From NCBI GenBank assembly GCA_963845185.1, contig CAWJRG010000011.1, positions 96,001-160,000 on the forward strand: a DNA stretch of 64,000 nt. Reading direction: 5' to 3'. Under the pieces are notes generated by a model. That model saw only the letters and a list, made by a program, of their open reading frames with translations. It did not search any database and was not told where the DNA came from. Origin of the DNA: an uncultured bacterium. Its GTDB lineage: Bacteria > Oederibacteriota > PGYV01 > CAWJRG01. Both the position numbers and the translations under genes were made by a program. Of the stretch, positions 50,042 through 60,361 are shown piece after piece. Position 1 is the stretch's first letter, and each line of letters starts with the position of its first letter.

Positions 50042-51019
50042 CTACTTGTCCATATATTTAATGTAAGCCTGCTCTTTTGCTTTTGTCGTCCATTCATCCC
50101 ACATTTTTTCAACTTTTCCTTCAATAACTTTTATTCTTACCTTATCGCGGATATCTTCGAAAACCGCGTCTTTCCCACCTTTCGAATCCACAAGTTTAAC
50201 AATAAGATATCCGTTGTTTGTTTCTATCGGAGAGCTGAAAGCGCCTTTCTTTAACTTCGCAACGGCCTTTTTTACGCTCTCGTCAAGGTTTGTGGTATCT
50301 ATCCATCCAAGCTCTCCTGCCGCAACCGTTTTATCGCTTTTCATTTCCTTGATTACATCTTCAAATTTTACTCCTGTTTGTAGTTTCGAGTAAGTATCGC
50401 CGGCCTTCTTCTTAATATCGGAGTTTCCGGCTTTTACTTTATCAAAAAATATCTGGGATATATTGACTTCGTCATCGGTTTTAAAATCGTCCTTGTTCTC
50501 GCTGAAATATTTTTTTATTTCTTCGTCGCTCACAGCCGCTTTTGCTATAAAATCCTGCTGTTTTTTTTGTTTGACTTTTGTAAAAATAAGATTGTCACGC
50601 ACCTGAGCCTCTATCTTTATCCTGAAATCCGAATAACTCATGCCTTCTTTTGCCAAAGCATCCTCAAATTCCGATTCGCTACCGAACTTATTACGCAAAT
50701 TGTCTATAAAATCGTTTGCTTTATCCGCCACAGCCTCGTCGCTCACCTCAATGCTTTCATCTTTTGCCATTGTAATAATCAGTTTTTGCTCTATAAGGTT
50801 CTGCAGCATTTTGTCTTTCGTGTCTTTCTCGTCTTCCTTTCCGGGTTCCTTTCCCGTGAGTTTAAGCTGTGTATCAAGCAAATTAATTGCCTCATCCAGC
50901 TCACTCTGGGTTATTATCTCGTTATTGACTATTACTATGATTTTATCCTCAAGTTTTGCTGCCAGTTGCATTGTAAAAAAAATTGCTACCGTTAAAACAA
51001 AAAATGCTGATTTTTTCAT
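50042..51019 (-). CDS. SurA-like chaperone / parvulin PPIase
   Basis: DKIIVIVNNEIITQSEL; GELGW; SSPIET..GY.IVKL. Confidence 0.88.
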   Translation of the reverse strand: MKKSAFFVLTVAIFFTMQLAAKLEDKIIVIVNNEIITQSELDEAINLLDTQLKLTGKEPGKEDEKDTKDKMLQNLIEQKLIITMAKDESIEVSDEAVADKANDFIDNLRNKFGSESEFEDALAKEGMSYSDFRIKIEAQVRDNLIFTKVKQKKQQDFIAKAAVSDEEIKKYFSENKDDFKTDDEVNISQIFFDKVKAGNSDIKKKAGDTYSKLQTGVKFEDVIKEMKSDKTVAAGELGWIDTTNLDESVKKAVAKLKKGAFSSPIETNNGYLIVKLVDSKGGKDAVFEDIRDKVRIKVIEGKVEKMWDEWTTKAKEQAYIKYMDK

Positions 51020-51975
51020 GCTTTTTCCTCCTTGACGAAAATCTTCAAATTATCCTCTAAAATTTCTATTTTGGCGTTTTTTCTCAATTCTTCCATCCAG
51101 CTGTTGAAATATTCATCTTTCTTTTCTTCAAAATAAGTGTGGTAAACCTCGTCTTTTACCTCTTCGAATTTCGGCGTATCTGCCTTTTGTATATCCTCAC
51201 ACTTGAATATATGATACCCATAAGCTGATTTCACTATGCCGCTGACTTCCCCCTTTTTTAATTCAAAAACGACATTTGTAATAAATCCCGGCATTTCATT
51301 TCTGCCGAAGTATCCCAGGTCCCCGCCATCTTTTCCCTCGGATGCTATTGAGTACTTTTCCGCCAGGGTTATAAAATCTACGCCGGCTCTGATATTTTCA
51401 AGAATGGCTTTAGCCTTTTCCTCGGTATCAACCAGTATCTGCCTTACCCTCACCTTATCAAAACGCCTGTAATCAATGATGTGTGTCCAGAAATAATCTT
51501 TCAATTCCTCATCCTTAATTTTCACGTGGTCTTTCACTGCATAATTGATTTCTTTTTTAATAAGGAGCTTGTCGTTTATGTCCCTTTTCCAGTCTCCATA
51601 CTGAATGCCCGCTGATTTAAGTGTTTTTTTTATTTCCGGCATTGACGAATCAGGCACAAAATTCCTAATTTCCCGGTTCAGTTCAGGGGCGGTCACGCTT
51701 ATTTTATCCTTTTTCGCCTGTTCAAGTATAAGATAATTATTTATAAGCAGGTTTAAAAATCTTTTGACATCATCTTCGTTGTTGATTGTAAGGTTGTAAA
51801 GTTTCGCCTTTAAGCTTACCTGCCTGTCGGTTATTTCATATTTATCCACTCTGGCAAGGATTATCTCTTTCCTGCCGAAACCCTGCCCGCACCCTGTTGA
51901 CAGCCAAAGCATAAAAAACGCTGTAATGAAAACCGGAAACCATTTACTTTTTTTTAATAATAATTTAATACACAT
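51016..51975 (-). CDS. PrsA/SurA-like parvulin PPIase lipoprotein
   Basis: Lipobox LSTGC; RQILV..F..LAEKYS..GGDLGYF..YGYHIFK. Confidence 0.9.
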   Translation of the reverse strand: MCIKLLLKKSKWFPVFITAFFMLWLSTGCGQGFGRKEIILARVDKYEITDRQVSLKAKLYNLTINNEDDVKRFLNLLINNYLILEQAKKDKISVTAPELNREIRNFVPDSSMPEIKKTLKSAGIQYGDWKRDINDKLLIKKEINYAVKDHVKIKDEELKDYFWTHIIDYRRFDKVRVRQILVDTEEKAKAILENIRAGVDFITLAEKYSIASEGKDGGDLGYFGRNEMPGFITNVVFELKKGEVSGIVKSAYGYHIFKCEDIQKADTPKFEEVKDEVYHTYFEEKKDEYFNSWMEELRKNAKIEILEDNLKIFVKEEKA

Positions 51976-52013
51976 AATTAAAAACCTTTACTTTAAAATC
52001 AATTTTCCTCAGT

Positions 52014-52733
52014 TTACTTTTTGCCAGCCTTGTCCGTTCCCGCTTTAGGAGCCGCCTGTTTTCCTTCATTGGGCTCAAGCACTTTAAGGTTTGCGCCTGC
52101 GTCGGTAAGAGGAGGCGCTCCAAGCTCATTTTCGTTTATTTTAATATTTGCGGTTTTTTTCAGGCTATCAAGCCACTTTTCTCTAGCTACCGAAAGTTTT
52201 ACCTGATCCTTAATTCCTGACAGCGGCTTGATTACCGCATTTGGATCCTGAGCTTTCGCGTTTTTTACATACTGGTCATAGCCGTCTTTTATCTCCTTGT
52301 CTGATACCTCGATACCCTTATAATCCTTGTTTTTCAAAACCTCGTTAATAAGCACTTCCTTTTTTGAGTCTTCCGATACTTTTTCAAGCTGTTTTTTCAG
52401 GCTAAAAATCTGTGTTTCTATGTCCTTTTTCATTTCGTCTTCATATTCCTTTATTTTCGCCTGAATTTCAGCTTTTGCGGTAAGACCTTCCTTTTCAGCT
52501 TCCTGTATTACGAGTTCCCTTGTTATCATGGAATCCAGGATCCTCTTTTTACCTTCTCTGTTCATCATAAACATTTTGTACTGTGCCGGTATGTTATCCA
52601 TCTCCGCGTCTAATTCATCCGAAGTTATAGCCTGTCCGTTTACGGTCGCAACTACATTGCCTTTTTTTGACATATTGCATGCTGCCGCTGCAAACAGCAC
52701 AATAACTATTGCAATAAAAACAAGTCTTTTCAT
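52014..52733 (-). CDS. SurA N-terminal domain lipoprotein
   Basis: Lipobox AAAC; VVATVNG..IT..EL; no clear PPIase domain. Confidence 0.75.
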   Translation of the reverse strand: MKRLVFIAIVIVLFAAAACNMSKKGNVVATVNGQAITSDELDAEMDNIPAQYKMFMMNREGKKRILDSMITRELVIQEAEKEGLTAKAEIQAKIKEYEDEMKKDIETQIFSLKKQLEKVSEDSKKEVLINEVLKNKDYKGIEVSDKEIKDGYDQYVKNAKAQDPNAVIKPLSGIKDQVKLSVAREKWLDSLKKTANIKINENELGAPPLTDAGANLKVLEPNEGKQAAPKAGTDKAGKK

Positions 52734-52893
52734 GTTATCTCCTTTTTAATTTTTTAAATTTTATTAAAAACAGCAGTTTCCTCCTTTCAAAATATTTTAA
52801 TTGTAATTTATCTAAATTTACCACAGTAAAAGGTTGAATGCAAGTTATTTGTAGGGTATTTTACGCTACAGTCTGCGTGTAAGCGGTTAAAAA

Positions 52894-53742
52894 TTATTTT
52901 TTATCAAACCGCGCCTTTTCACCTGCCGTCGCGGCCGTAGGCGTCGTGCTGTTTATTTCAACTTTGTAAAGCTTTGCATACTGGTTTTCATTTTCTCCGC
53001 CGGCGTATCCCACGCCTTTTCCATACCAGTTGTCCTCAATATGCCACACGCCGTCGCCCTGGTCGATGTTATTTCTTATATGAAATGCCTCAATTTTCTT
53101 GTCTCCCACTTTAATTTTTTCTATTGCCACAAACTTAAATTTCGCCGTTATATTACGCTCGATTTTCAAGGTCAAAACCTGGGTTTGTGCGCTTACTTTT
53201 TCCACCCATTCATCACCCGGCCTTGCGTTGAAATCAACAAATTTTATTTCCGGGTAAAAATAAATATCTATCGACATAAAATCAAGCACCGGATACGGGT
53301 ACCTGATAATTTTCATGTAAACACCGTTGCCGTCTTTCCTTAAAAACGACCTTATATTAAACTCCGGTGCATAATAATAATAGTATTCTTTGCCGTCAAC
53401 CGTCTGTGTATTGATTATCTCGGCTTTTACATCATAAATCTTTTTAGGTTCGCTTTTTTTATAGCCCTTGTAATACCACACATAACCTTTATCCACAGGA
53501 TAATAAGCTTGCGGGTTTTCAATAGGTGTAACTGTTAAAGTCGGGGTTGCCGTGCTTGATAAAGCCTGGGTTATTGTTCTTGTGCATGTGCTTGTGTTAG
53601 GCGGTATATAAGGAGTGATCGTCGGCGAAGGAGTGGCGAAAAAGTTTGGCATTTGCGGGATTTTCATATTCCAGGTATAAGCGCCGAAAAGCAAAAAAAA
53701 ACCAAACAAAAACAAAAATATGCTTTTGTTTATTTGTTGCAT
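52894..53742 (-). CDS. exported hypothetical protein with Thr/Pro-rich linker
   Basis: N-terminal TM, TPSPTITP.., YYP...G..WYY, WYGKGVG. Confidence 0.7.
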   Translation of the reverse strand: MQQINKSIFLFLFGFFLLFGAYTWNMKIPQMPNFFATPSPTITPYIPPNTSTCTRTITQALSSTATPTLTVTPIENPQAYYPVDKGYVWYYKGYKKSEPKKIYDVKAEIINTQTVDGKEYYYYYAPEFNIRSFLRKDGNGVYMKIIRYPYPVLDFMSIDIYFYPEIKFVDFNARPGDEWVEKVSAQTQVLTLKIERNITAKFKFVAIEKIKVGDKKIEAFHIRNNIDQGDGVWHIEDNWYGKGVGYAGGENENQYAKLYKVEINSTTPTAATAGEKARFDKK

Positions 53743-54071
53743 GTCGTATTATATTTGTAAACCAAAAACCTTTTAATCGATTCCATTTGTTTCGGCAGGA
53801 GCCCCGGTGTAGGACAAAGCCCTATGTACAGATTTTCCGGAGCATTGCCCGCTTTTTCAAGCCAGCAACTGTATTTATCGTGGGAAACAGGAAAATTCTG
53901 CGCGGTATCTATCTCTTCCGTCATTCCTATGTATAAAACGCCATAGTCATCCACTTTCTTTTCAGGTTTCTTAAGGAAAAAAATCCCAAAAAGTCCTCTT
54001 ATGTCGGTCTTCTGATAATCCTTTAAATTCTTAGGCCCGTCGAAAACATATCCTGCTAAAATTAAACTCAT
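53730..54071 (-). CDS. hypothetical protein, GIY-YIG-like motif
   Basis: GLFGIF..VLYIGMT..; SD GGAG. Confidence 0.55.
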   Translation of the reverse strand: MSLILAGYVFDGPKNLKDYQKTDIRGLFGIFFLKKPEKKVDDYGVLYIGMTEEIDTAQNFPVSHDKYSCWLEKAGNAPENLYIGLCPTPGLLPKQMESIKRFLVYKYNTTCNK

Positions 54072-54279
54072 CTTTTTGCTCCAATTTGTAATATTTTAAT
54101 CGAATAAAAATCTGCAGCCCGACACCGTGTCACTGCTTAAATTACTTATCTTTAATATATCAAAAATCCTTAAAAAATCAAGATATAATATCCCCTTTCG
54201 CCCTGCTCTTTCACATAATGCCGTCTGGATACCCACCCTCCTACAGCGCATTCCTTCAAAATTATTTTTATTTTTTATT

Positions 54280-55518
54280 TTAAAATTCCTGGACAAAATA
54301 GAATACAGGCAAAGATTTATTGAAAATAATAGCCTGCGCCAGCATAAAAGTAAACTTTACCTTGGACGTTTTGCCTAAAATACATCCGAATCTGACTCCT
54401 GCCCCAACGCTAAAGTGGTAATTCCGGATGCCCTGTATTTCGCCGACATTACCCACGCACCCGGAATCAAAAAGCAAAAAAGCGTCCATATCATTCCACC
54501 TGGCTGTAAATTGTTTCCATCCTAATTCCCATCCTATGTTGCTCAACATTTGCATGCTTAGTTTGAACCTGTTGAAAATTTTGTAATATCCGTAGAATTG
54601 TTCAAACCCGTAACCCGCCAGGTGGTCATAACCACCCAGATAGTAAAGTTTCCACTGCGGCACGTTGTACTGTTCCAGCATGTAGCCGGCTTCAAAAGTA
54701 TCGGTCACTTCATTAACACCCATAATCTTCAAAGTCTTATAGGCATCTATGTTTAAAAACATGAAATTATAGCTGGAATTCCCTGCAGGTATTGATTTTT
54801 CAATGCCAGCCTGGAAATAATAATCGGAATTTTCCTTTTTTTTATCGAATATCTCAATTTTACCGTTGGCAAGGTTGATGTTCCCCTGGTTCACGTTTAA
54901 ATTTTCCTGCAGGTTTGCAAAATAAAAATTTTCGTTTTTTGCTTCGGCGCTCAAAAGAAATATATCACAAAACATGGGCGTTTTTATGCCCCCGGATAAA
55001 CCTCTTGTACGCTGTATGTATTTGCTGTTGGCATAAACTTTTTCAAAATCAGTGTCGTCATACAGGCTTACAAAAGGCTGCAGAAATATATCAAGCGAGT
55101 AGCGGAGCATGTAATTTATTTTGCTGTATAAATAGTTATACTCGGTAAACGCTTCAAACAAGGAATTTTCAAACTTATTAGTAATGTTGATTTTAAAATC
55201 CGTGTCCGGAAGTACAAACTTAAAAGACGGCGTCACGTCAAGATGCAGCTCTTTTAACTGCATCTGCATATATTGGTCTTGAGGCAGGCATACCGCAGAT
55301 GTTGTTGTAGCCGTGGCATCCGCGCTTTTTGCGGACATTGACGTCACATTATACGTACCAGCTGCCGGTGCCGTTGTTGTTGCCATTTTGGCTGCGGAGT
55401 TTGTAATAGTATTATAAGTACCGCTTGTCTGGGCTGTTGTTGTTATATCATCCGCATATATAAATCCGTCAAAAGCAGCCAGCAAAACCGTAAAAACAAG
55501 TAGAATATATCTTCTCAT
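54280..55518 (-). CDS. probable outer-membrane beta-barrel protein
   Basis: Signal peptide from MRRYILL (ATGA overlap with rarA), Thr-rich N-terminus, alternating beta pattern, terminal FYFVQEF. Confidence 0.6.
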   Translation of the reverse strand: MRRYILLVFTVLLAAFDGFIYADDITTTAQTSGTYNTITNSAAKMATTTAPAAGTYNVTSMSAKSADATATTTSAVCLPQDQYMQMQLKELHLDVTPSFKFVLPDTDFKINITNKFENSLFEAFTEYNYLYSKINYMLRYSLDIFLQPFVSLYDDTDFEKVYANSKYIQRTRGLSGGIKTPMFCDIFLLSAEAKNENFYFANLQENLNVNQGNINLANGKIEIFDKKKENSDYYFQAGIEKSIPAGNSSYNFMFLNIDAYKTLKIMGVNEVTDTFEAGYMLEQYNVPQWKLYYLGGYDHLAGYGFEQFYGYYKIFNRFKLSMQMLSNIGWELGWKQFTARWNDMDAFLLFDSGCVGNVGEIQGIRNYHFSVGAGVRFGCILGKTSKVKFTFMLAQAIIFNKSLPVFYFVQEF

Positions 55519-56836
55519 TGCTGTCCCTGCCCGCGGTTTTTCCGCCATTTTTCAAGCCTTTCTTTTATTTTGGCTTCAATGCCGTTATCCGTCGGCCTGT
55601 AATAAACCCGGCCTTTTAATTTATCCGGCATGTGTTCCTGCTCAACGAAGTTCCCTTCGTAATTATGCGCGTATTTGTAGCCTTCCCCGTAGCCAAGGTC
55701 TTTCATCAATTTAGTCGGAGCGTTCCTGATATGCAGGGGCACTGGCTCATCCCTGAAATTCCTTACATCATCCTCTGCCTCGCCAAAAGCCGCATAAGCA
55801 GCGTTGCTTTTAGGAGCGCACGCGAGATAAAGGCATGCCTGCGCAAGCGCCAGCTCGCCTTCCGGGTGCCCGAGGAAATCAAAAGCTTCCTTGGCTGAAA
55901 GCGCCATCCGCAATGCTCCCGGGTCCGCGTTTCCTATGTCCTCGCTCGCAAACCGCACCATGCGCCTGGCTATATACAAGGGATCCTCGCCTGCGTCAAT
56001 CATCCTTGTCATCCAGTACAATGCGGCGTCCGGGTCGCTGTCCCTCAAGCTCTTGTGCAGCGCGGATATCAGGTTATAGTGTTCTTCGCCTGCTTTATCA
56101 TAAAGGAAAGTTTTCCTTTCCACGACCTGTTTTACGTCTTCTGCGGAAACTTCATATTCGTTTTTTGCCTTAAGCGCGTCTATCATTTCTATTATGTTGA
56201 GCGCTACCCTGGCATCGCCGTTGCCTACGCTGCTTATATAAAGGTAAGCGTCGTTCGCAATTTTTATCTTTTTATTCCCAAGGCCGCGTTCCCTGTCAAG
56301 TATAGCGGCGTCAATAATTGCTTTGATATCCTCGTCGGTCAGTGCTTTTAAAGTTATTACTTTCGTCCTGGACAGCAGCGCCGAGATTACTTCAAAAGAC
56401 GGGTTTTCCGTGGTGGCTCCTATAAGTATTATGGTTCCGTCCTCAACGTAAGGCAAAAACGAGTCCTGCTGGGATTTATTGAACCTGTGAATTTCATCAA
56501 CAAATAATATTGTTTTTTTGTTGTTTTTTAGGTTTAAAATCCCCCTCTCGACAACGTTCTTTATGTCTTTTACGCCGCTTGAAACAGCCGAAAGAGTCAC
56601 AAAATCTGCCCTGATATAATTGGCTATTATGATTGCAAGCGTTGTCTTGCCGGACCCGGCGGGCCCCAGAATATCATTGAAGATATCACGCCTTTATTCA
56701 GCAGGCTTTTTAAATAGCCCGATTCCCCTACTATGTGCTTTTGCCCGACGAATTCTTCCAGGTTCCGCGGCCTCATGCGAAACGCAAGTGGCTGTTTTTC
56801 GCCGTCAATGGTTTCTTTGTTGTCGAAAAGGTCCAA
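55515..56836 (-). CDS. rarA: replication-associated recombination protein A (apparent 1-nt frameshift in Walker A near 56656)
   Basis: PLAFRMRP..GPPG then frame change to SGKTTLA; DEIHRFNKSQQD, ATTENPSF, ASEDIGNADP. Confidence 0.92.
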
Positions 56837-56890
56837 GTTTTGCTCCTGTAAATAGGGTGAATTTTTTGCCTGCGTCGCCGCTGCAGTGAT

Positions 56891-58189
56891 TTATCTGTCC
56901 TCCAATTTATATACCAAAAGTCCGGTCGCGAGCTTGGGAAGAAAATAAGTGCTTTTTTGCGGCATTACTTCTTTATTCTCCGCTATTATCTTCACCTGTT
57001 CTATGGTGGCTGGTTTTATTAAAAAAGATATTTTTGCGTCGTTTGTTTCCACCGCCAACACGGCGTTATCCATGTCCTGGGTATATTCCACATTCCTGAA
57101 AATATATTCCTCGGGCATTTTCAATATTTTTTCGAGCAGGAGCCCGTGCAAAATCGATACGTCAAGCATGTAATAATCAATTATGTGTTCTCCGCTTTCA
57201 AGCGTCTTTTTATAATCCGCTTCCTTTAATTCGAGGAGCATGCACCCGTTTTTCGCAACCACGCCGATGTTCTTTTTGCCGTCGTTTTTTGCAATAATCT
57301 CCCTAAGCTTCATCGAATTTCTTATGTGAGTTGTTTTAAAAAATCTCTTTAAAGCCGGCGCGTCTTCCAGTTCCTCGCTCATAAAATCCCTGAATATCCT
57401 GTGTGTCGGAAGTATTGAAATGCCGGAGTGTTCCATGCTTATAAGGCACATCATTATATAATCATACGGCTTCCCGCCCTTGTCTGAGCCGTATTTTTGC
57501 CGCATTTCGTTCCTGAAATTCAGGGCTGTTTCATACCTGTGGTGCCCGTCCGCGATAAAAAGCTGCTTATCCCTTAAAAACCCGGTTATTTTCAGCAGTT
57601 CATCTTCCCCGCTTAAATGCCAAATCCTGTGCCTGCATCCATTCTCGTCTTTCGCGTCCACGTAAGGACCGTTTGATTCCGCGTACCCTTTTATGATTCC
57701 GTCTACCGCTTTTTCCCTGTCAAAATAAAAAGCAAGTATCGGGCTTGTATCTGCCATGCAAGCCCTCATCAGTTGCAGCCTGTCCGCTTTCGGCCCGCTG
57801 TGCGTCCTCTCGTGCGGCAGGATTATTCTTTTATCAAACTCCTCGAGTTTTGCCAGGGCCATAAACCCGAACATTTCCCTTTTTTCCCCGCCAGGCAGCG
57901 CGTATTCTTCAGCGTACAGGTAAATGCTTTTTTTACCGTCCCTGGTCATCATCCCCTCGGCCATCCACTTGTCAAAATACTCCCTTGCCCTTGTATATTT
58001 GTTGGACTTGTCGCTATCCCCTTCTTTTTCCATGCCCTTGTCGATCCTTATGATATTATGCTCGTCGCGCTTGTAATACCTGCCTATTTCCGTATCTTTA
58101 ATGATGTCATAAGGCGGCATAATCACCTTTGAATAATCAGCTTTATCCCTGTCAAAATAAACCGCCTGGAAAGGCTTTATTTCAGCCAC
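56891..58189 (-). CDS. DUF1015 family protein
   Basis: PPYDII, PHERT, IADGHHRYETA, MPQKSTYF.PK. Confidence 0.93.
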   Translation of the reverse strand: MAEIKPFQAVYFDRDKADYSKVIMPPYDIIKDTEIGRYYKRDEHNIIRIDKGMEKEGDSDKSNKYTRAREYFDKWMAEGMMTRDGKKSIYLYAEEYALPGGEKREMFGFMALAKLEEFDKRIILPHERTHSGPKADRLQLMRACMADTSPILAFYFDREKAVDGIIKGYAESNGPYVDAKDENGCRHRIWHLSGEDELLKITGFLRDKQLFIADGHHRYETALNFRNEMRQKYGSDKGGKPYDYIMMCLISMEHSGISILPTHRIFRDFMSEELEDAPALKRFFKTTHIRNSMKLREIIAKNDGKKNIGVVAKNGCMLLELKEADYKKTLESGEHIIDYYMLDVSILHGLLLEKILKMPEEYIFRNVEYTQDMDNAVLAVETNDAKISFLIKPATIEQVKIIAENKEVMPQKSTYFLPKLATGLLVYKLEDR

Positions 58190-58191
58190 TG

Positions 58192-59610
58192 TTATATCCT
58201 GTATTTCGCGATGTCTTTGCCGGCCTGTAAATCCTTGAGCTTTTCCCTGTATCCATGCCTGCCCATCATGGCGTACGTCGCTATCTTGCCCATTTCCACG
58301 CCGGGCTGGTCAAATGCGTTGATATTATAAAGCTCGCCTATAAACGCGGTTTCCACTTCCATGAGGTATAAAAGCTGTCCCAGTGTGAATTCTGAAACTT
58401 CCGGCAATGAGATGGTCATGTTTGCCCTTTTATTCCTGGTCAGCGCTATTTCTGTTGCTTTTTGTTCCGCGTTTAAGAGCTCGGCAAAAGTATGCCCGCT
58501 AAGATAGGATATCGATTCTTCATCCGAAAAATTATCCGGCATTACAGGATTTTCCCTGAACTTTTCCACCCTGATGAAAGTAACGACCTTGTCATAAGGC
58601 CCTTCCATGTACAATTGTGCCTGCGAGTGCTGGTCTGTTGCTCCAAGCGCCTTTATCGGCGTAAGCCCCACATTTACCGTCTTGCCGCTGTTGTTCAGCT
58701 TTTTGCCCAGGCTCTCTGCCCAAAGCTGGCAAAACCAGTCTGCCACGTCTTTTAAGGAATTCGCGTAAGGCATCATGACCGTTATCTTTTTCTCGAATTT
58801 GACATCCGACAGATAATGCAAAACAGCCCGCATGTAAGCCGGGTTTTTCCACACGCTGTCATTCGACATTATTATATTATCCATAAAAGCCGCGCCGCGC
58901 AAAAGTTCGTCGATATCCGTGCCCGTGCTCGCGAGCGGCAGCAGGCCCACCGGAGTCATCACGGAAAACCTCCCGCCCACATTATCCGGCACCACATAGG
59001 AAATAAACCCGTACTGCTTGGCTATTTTTCTCAGGACTCCCTTTTCCCTGTCCGTTGTAATTATTATATGGTCCTTTAATTTTTCCTTTTTAATCTGTTT
59101 TAAAAGCTTGTTCCATAAAAACTTCATGAAAGCTATGGTCTCGGCAGTTGAGCCTGACTTTGTTATGATATTTATTACGGATTTCTTTAAATCCACGACA
59201 TCCAGCAGCCCTGCTGCCCATTCAGGGTCCACGTTATCCATCACATAAAGCTTCGGCGCTTTCCTTTTATCCGCCGTAAGCTCGTTGACAAAAGGATGTT
59301 TCAGCGCGCGCGCCAGGGCTATGGTCCCAAGCGCCGAGCCGCCTATTCCCAGCGTGATAAAATTTTCGAATTTGCCCTTTATCACTTCCGCGACTTCCTT
59401 GACCTCCTCCTTTGTCTTCGCGTCATATGGCAGGTACATAAAACCCAGCTTGCCGTCGTCCCGTTTCTGCCTGATATTTTTAGCGGCGCTTTTTATCCTT
59501 GGCTTAAGCCGCGCAATATCGTTTTCGCTTATGCCTTCGCCGCCTATCTTGTGTTTCATCATATTGTTGAAATCAAGTGTAATTTTACTTCTCTTTTTTG
59601 ACTGTGGCAT
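58192..59610 (-). CDS. pgi: glucose-6-phosphate isomerase
   Basis: GIGGSALG, TKSGSTAET, VGGRFSV, QLWAESLGK, FDQPGVE; start moved to MPQSK (SD GGAGG). Confidence 0.97.
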   Translation of the reverse strand: MPQSKKRSKITLDFNNMMKHKIGGEGISENDIARLKPRIKSAAKNIRQKRDDGKLGFMYLPYDAKTKEEVKEVAEVIKGKFENFITLGIGGSALGTIALARALKHPFVNELTADKRKAPKLYVMDNVDPEWAAGLLDVVDLKKSVINIITKSGSTAETIAFMKFLWNKLLKQIKKEKLKDHIIITTDREKGVLRKIAKQYGFISYVVPDNVGGRFSVMTPVGLLPLASTGTDIDELLRGAAFMDNIIMSNDSVWKNPAYMRAVLHYLSDVKFEKKITVMMPYANSLKDVADWFCQLWAESLGKKLNNSGKTVNVGLTPIKALGATDQHSQAQLYMEGPYDKVVTFIRVEKFRENPVMPDNFSDEESISYLSGHTFAELLNAEQKATEIALTRNKRANMTISLPEVSEFTLGQLLYLMEVETAFIGELYNINAFDQPGVEMGKIATYAMMGRHGYREKLKDLQAGKDIAKYRI

Positions 59611-60223
59611 CCGCCTTAACCTCCTTTTTATCATATTTATAGTATGTAAAAACATTTACCCCGATATTGACAGCGGCAAAACAGCTTGCTGCTATTATAA
59701 GCGGCGTCCTGTAATAATTAACTTCATGAAATGCCGGCGGTATCTGCTGCTGTTTTATGCTTTCATATATCGCTATGCCCAGGAAGGAATAAGCAAGCGC
59801 GAAAGGCACTGATTCTACCGCGCTTACCTTGATGTCCTGGAACAAATCGCGGGGCGTGTGTGTTACAGATTCGTATTGCGGCCTGTAACTGTAATCTGCC
59901 GATGTTGTAAGCGAGTTGTATAAGGTTTCGCTGTCCATTTTTGCCTCTTCCTCGGGAGAAATCTGGGCCTGCTGGCTTTGCTGGCTGGAAGTGCTTATTG
60001 CCTGCTTAAGAGCCTGATTTACCTGGCTGGCTGTGCCTGTAACCGGGCTTGGCTGGCCTGATATGCTTGTGGTCGGGCTTGGCTGGATGGATGTGTTAGT
60101 GGCCTGGTTTGGCTGTCCTCCTGTATTTATTCCGCCTCCGGGCATCCAGGGCATGCCGGGGCCTGCTCCGTAAAGATAAGCAAAAAAAACGGTTGCAGTT
60201 AATATTAAAATCAGTTTTTTCAT
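59585..60223 (-). CDS. exported/membrane hypothetical protein, Gln/Ser/Thr/Pro-rich
   Basis: Start MKKLILIL gives a signal peptide; two C-terminal TM segments. Confidence 0.7.
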   Translation of the reverse strand: MKKLILILTATVFFAYLYGAGPGMPWMPGGGINTGGQPNQATNTSIQPSPTTSISGQPSPVTGTASQVNQALKQAISTSSQQSQQAQISPEEEAKMDSETLYNSLTTSADYSYRPQYESVTHTPRDLFQDIKVSAVESVPFALAYSFLGIAIYESIKQQQIPPAFHEVNYYRTPLIIAASCFAAVNIGVNVFTYYKYDKKEVKADATVKKEK

Positions 60224-60265
60224 AAATAATATTTGTCCTTTTTTATAATTGAATTGTTTTTCCGT

Positions 60266-60338
60266 GTAGGGGCGATTCATGAATCGCCCGAAACAAATCA
60301 AACAACAAATATAGGGGTAATTCATGAATTACCCCTAC
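60266..60338. repeat. GTAG-type REP-like palindrome doublet
   Basis: gtaggggcgattcatgaatcgccc ... ataggggtaattcatgaattacccctac. Confidence 0.88.
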
Positions 60339-60361
60339 GGAAAATATTTTTTTGAATGTCC

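Noticed and set aside
54100..54260. GC-richer intergenic stretch with small hairpins, and ORFs 54096-54296 and 54127-54378
   Set aside because: Single copy, weak structure, no motif or RBS support.
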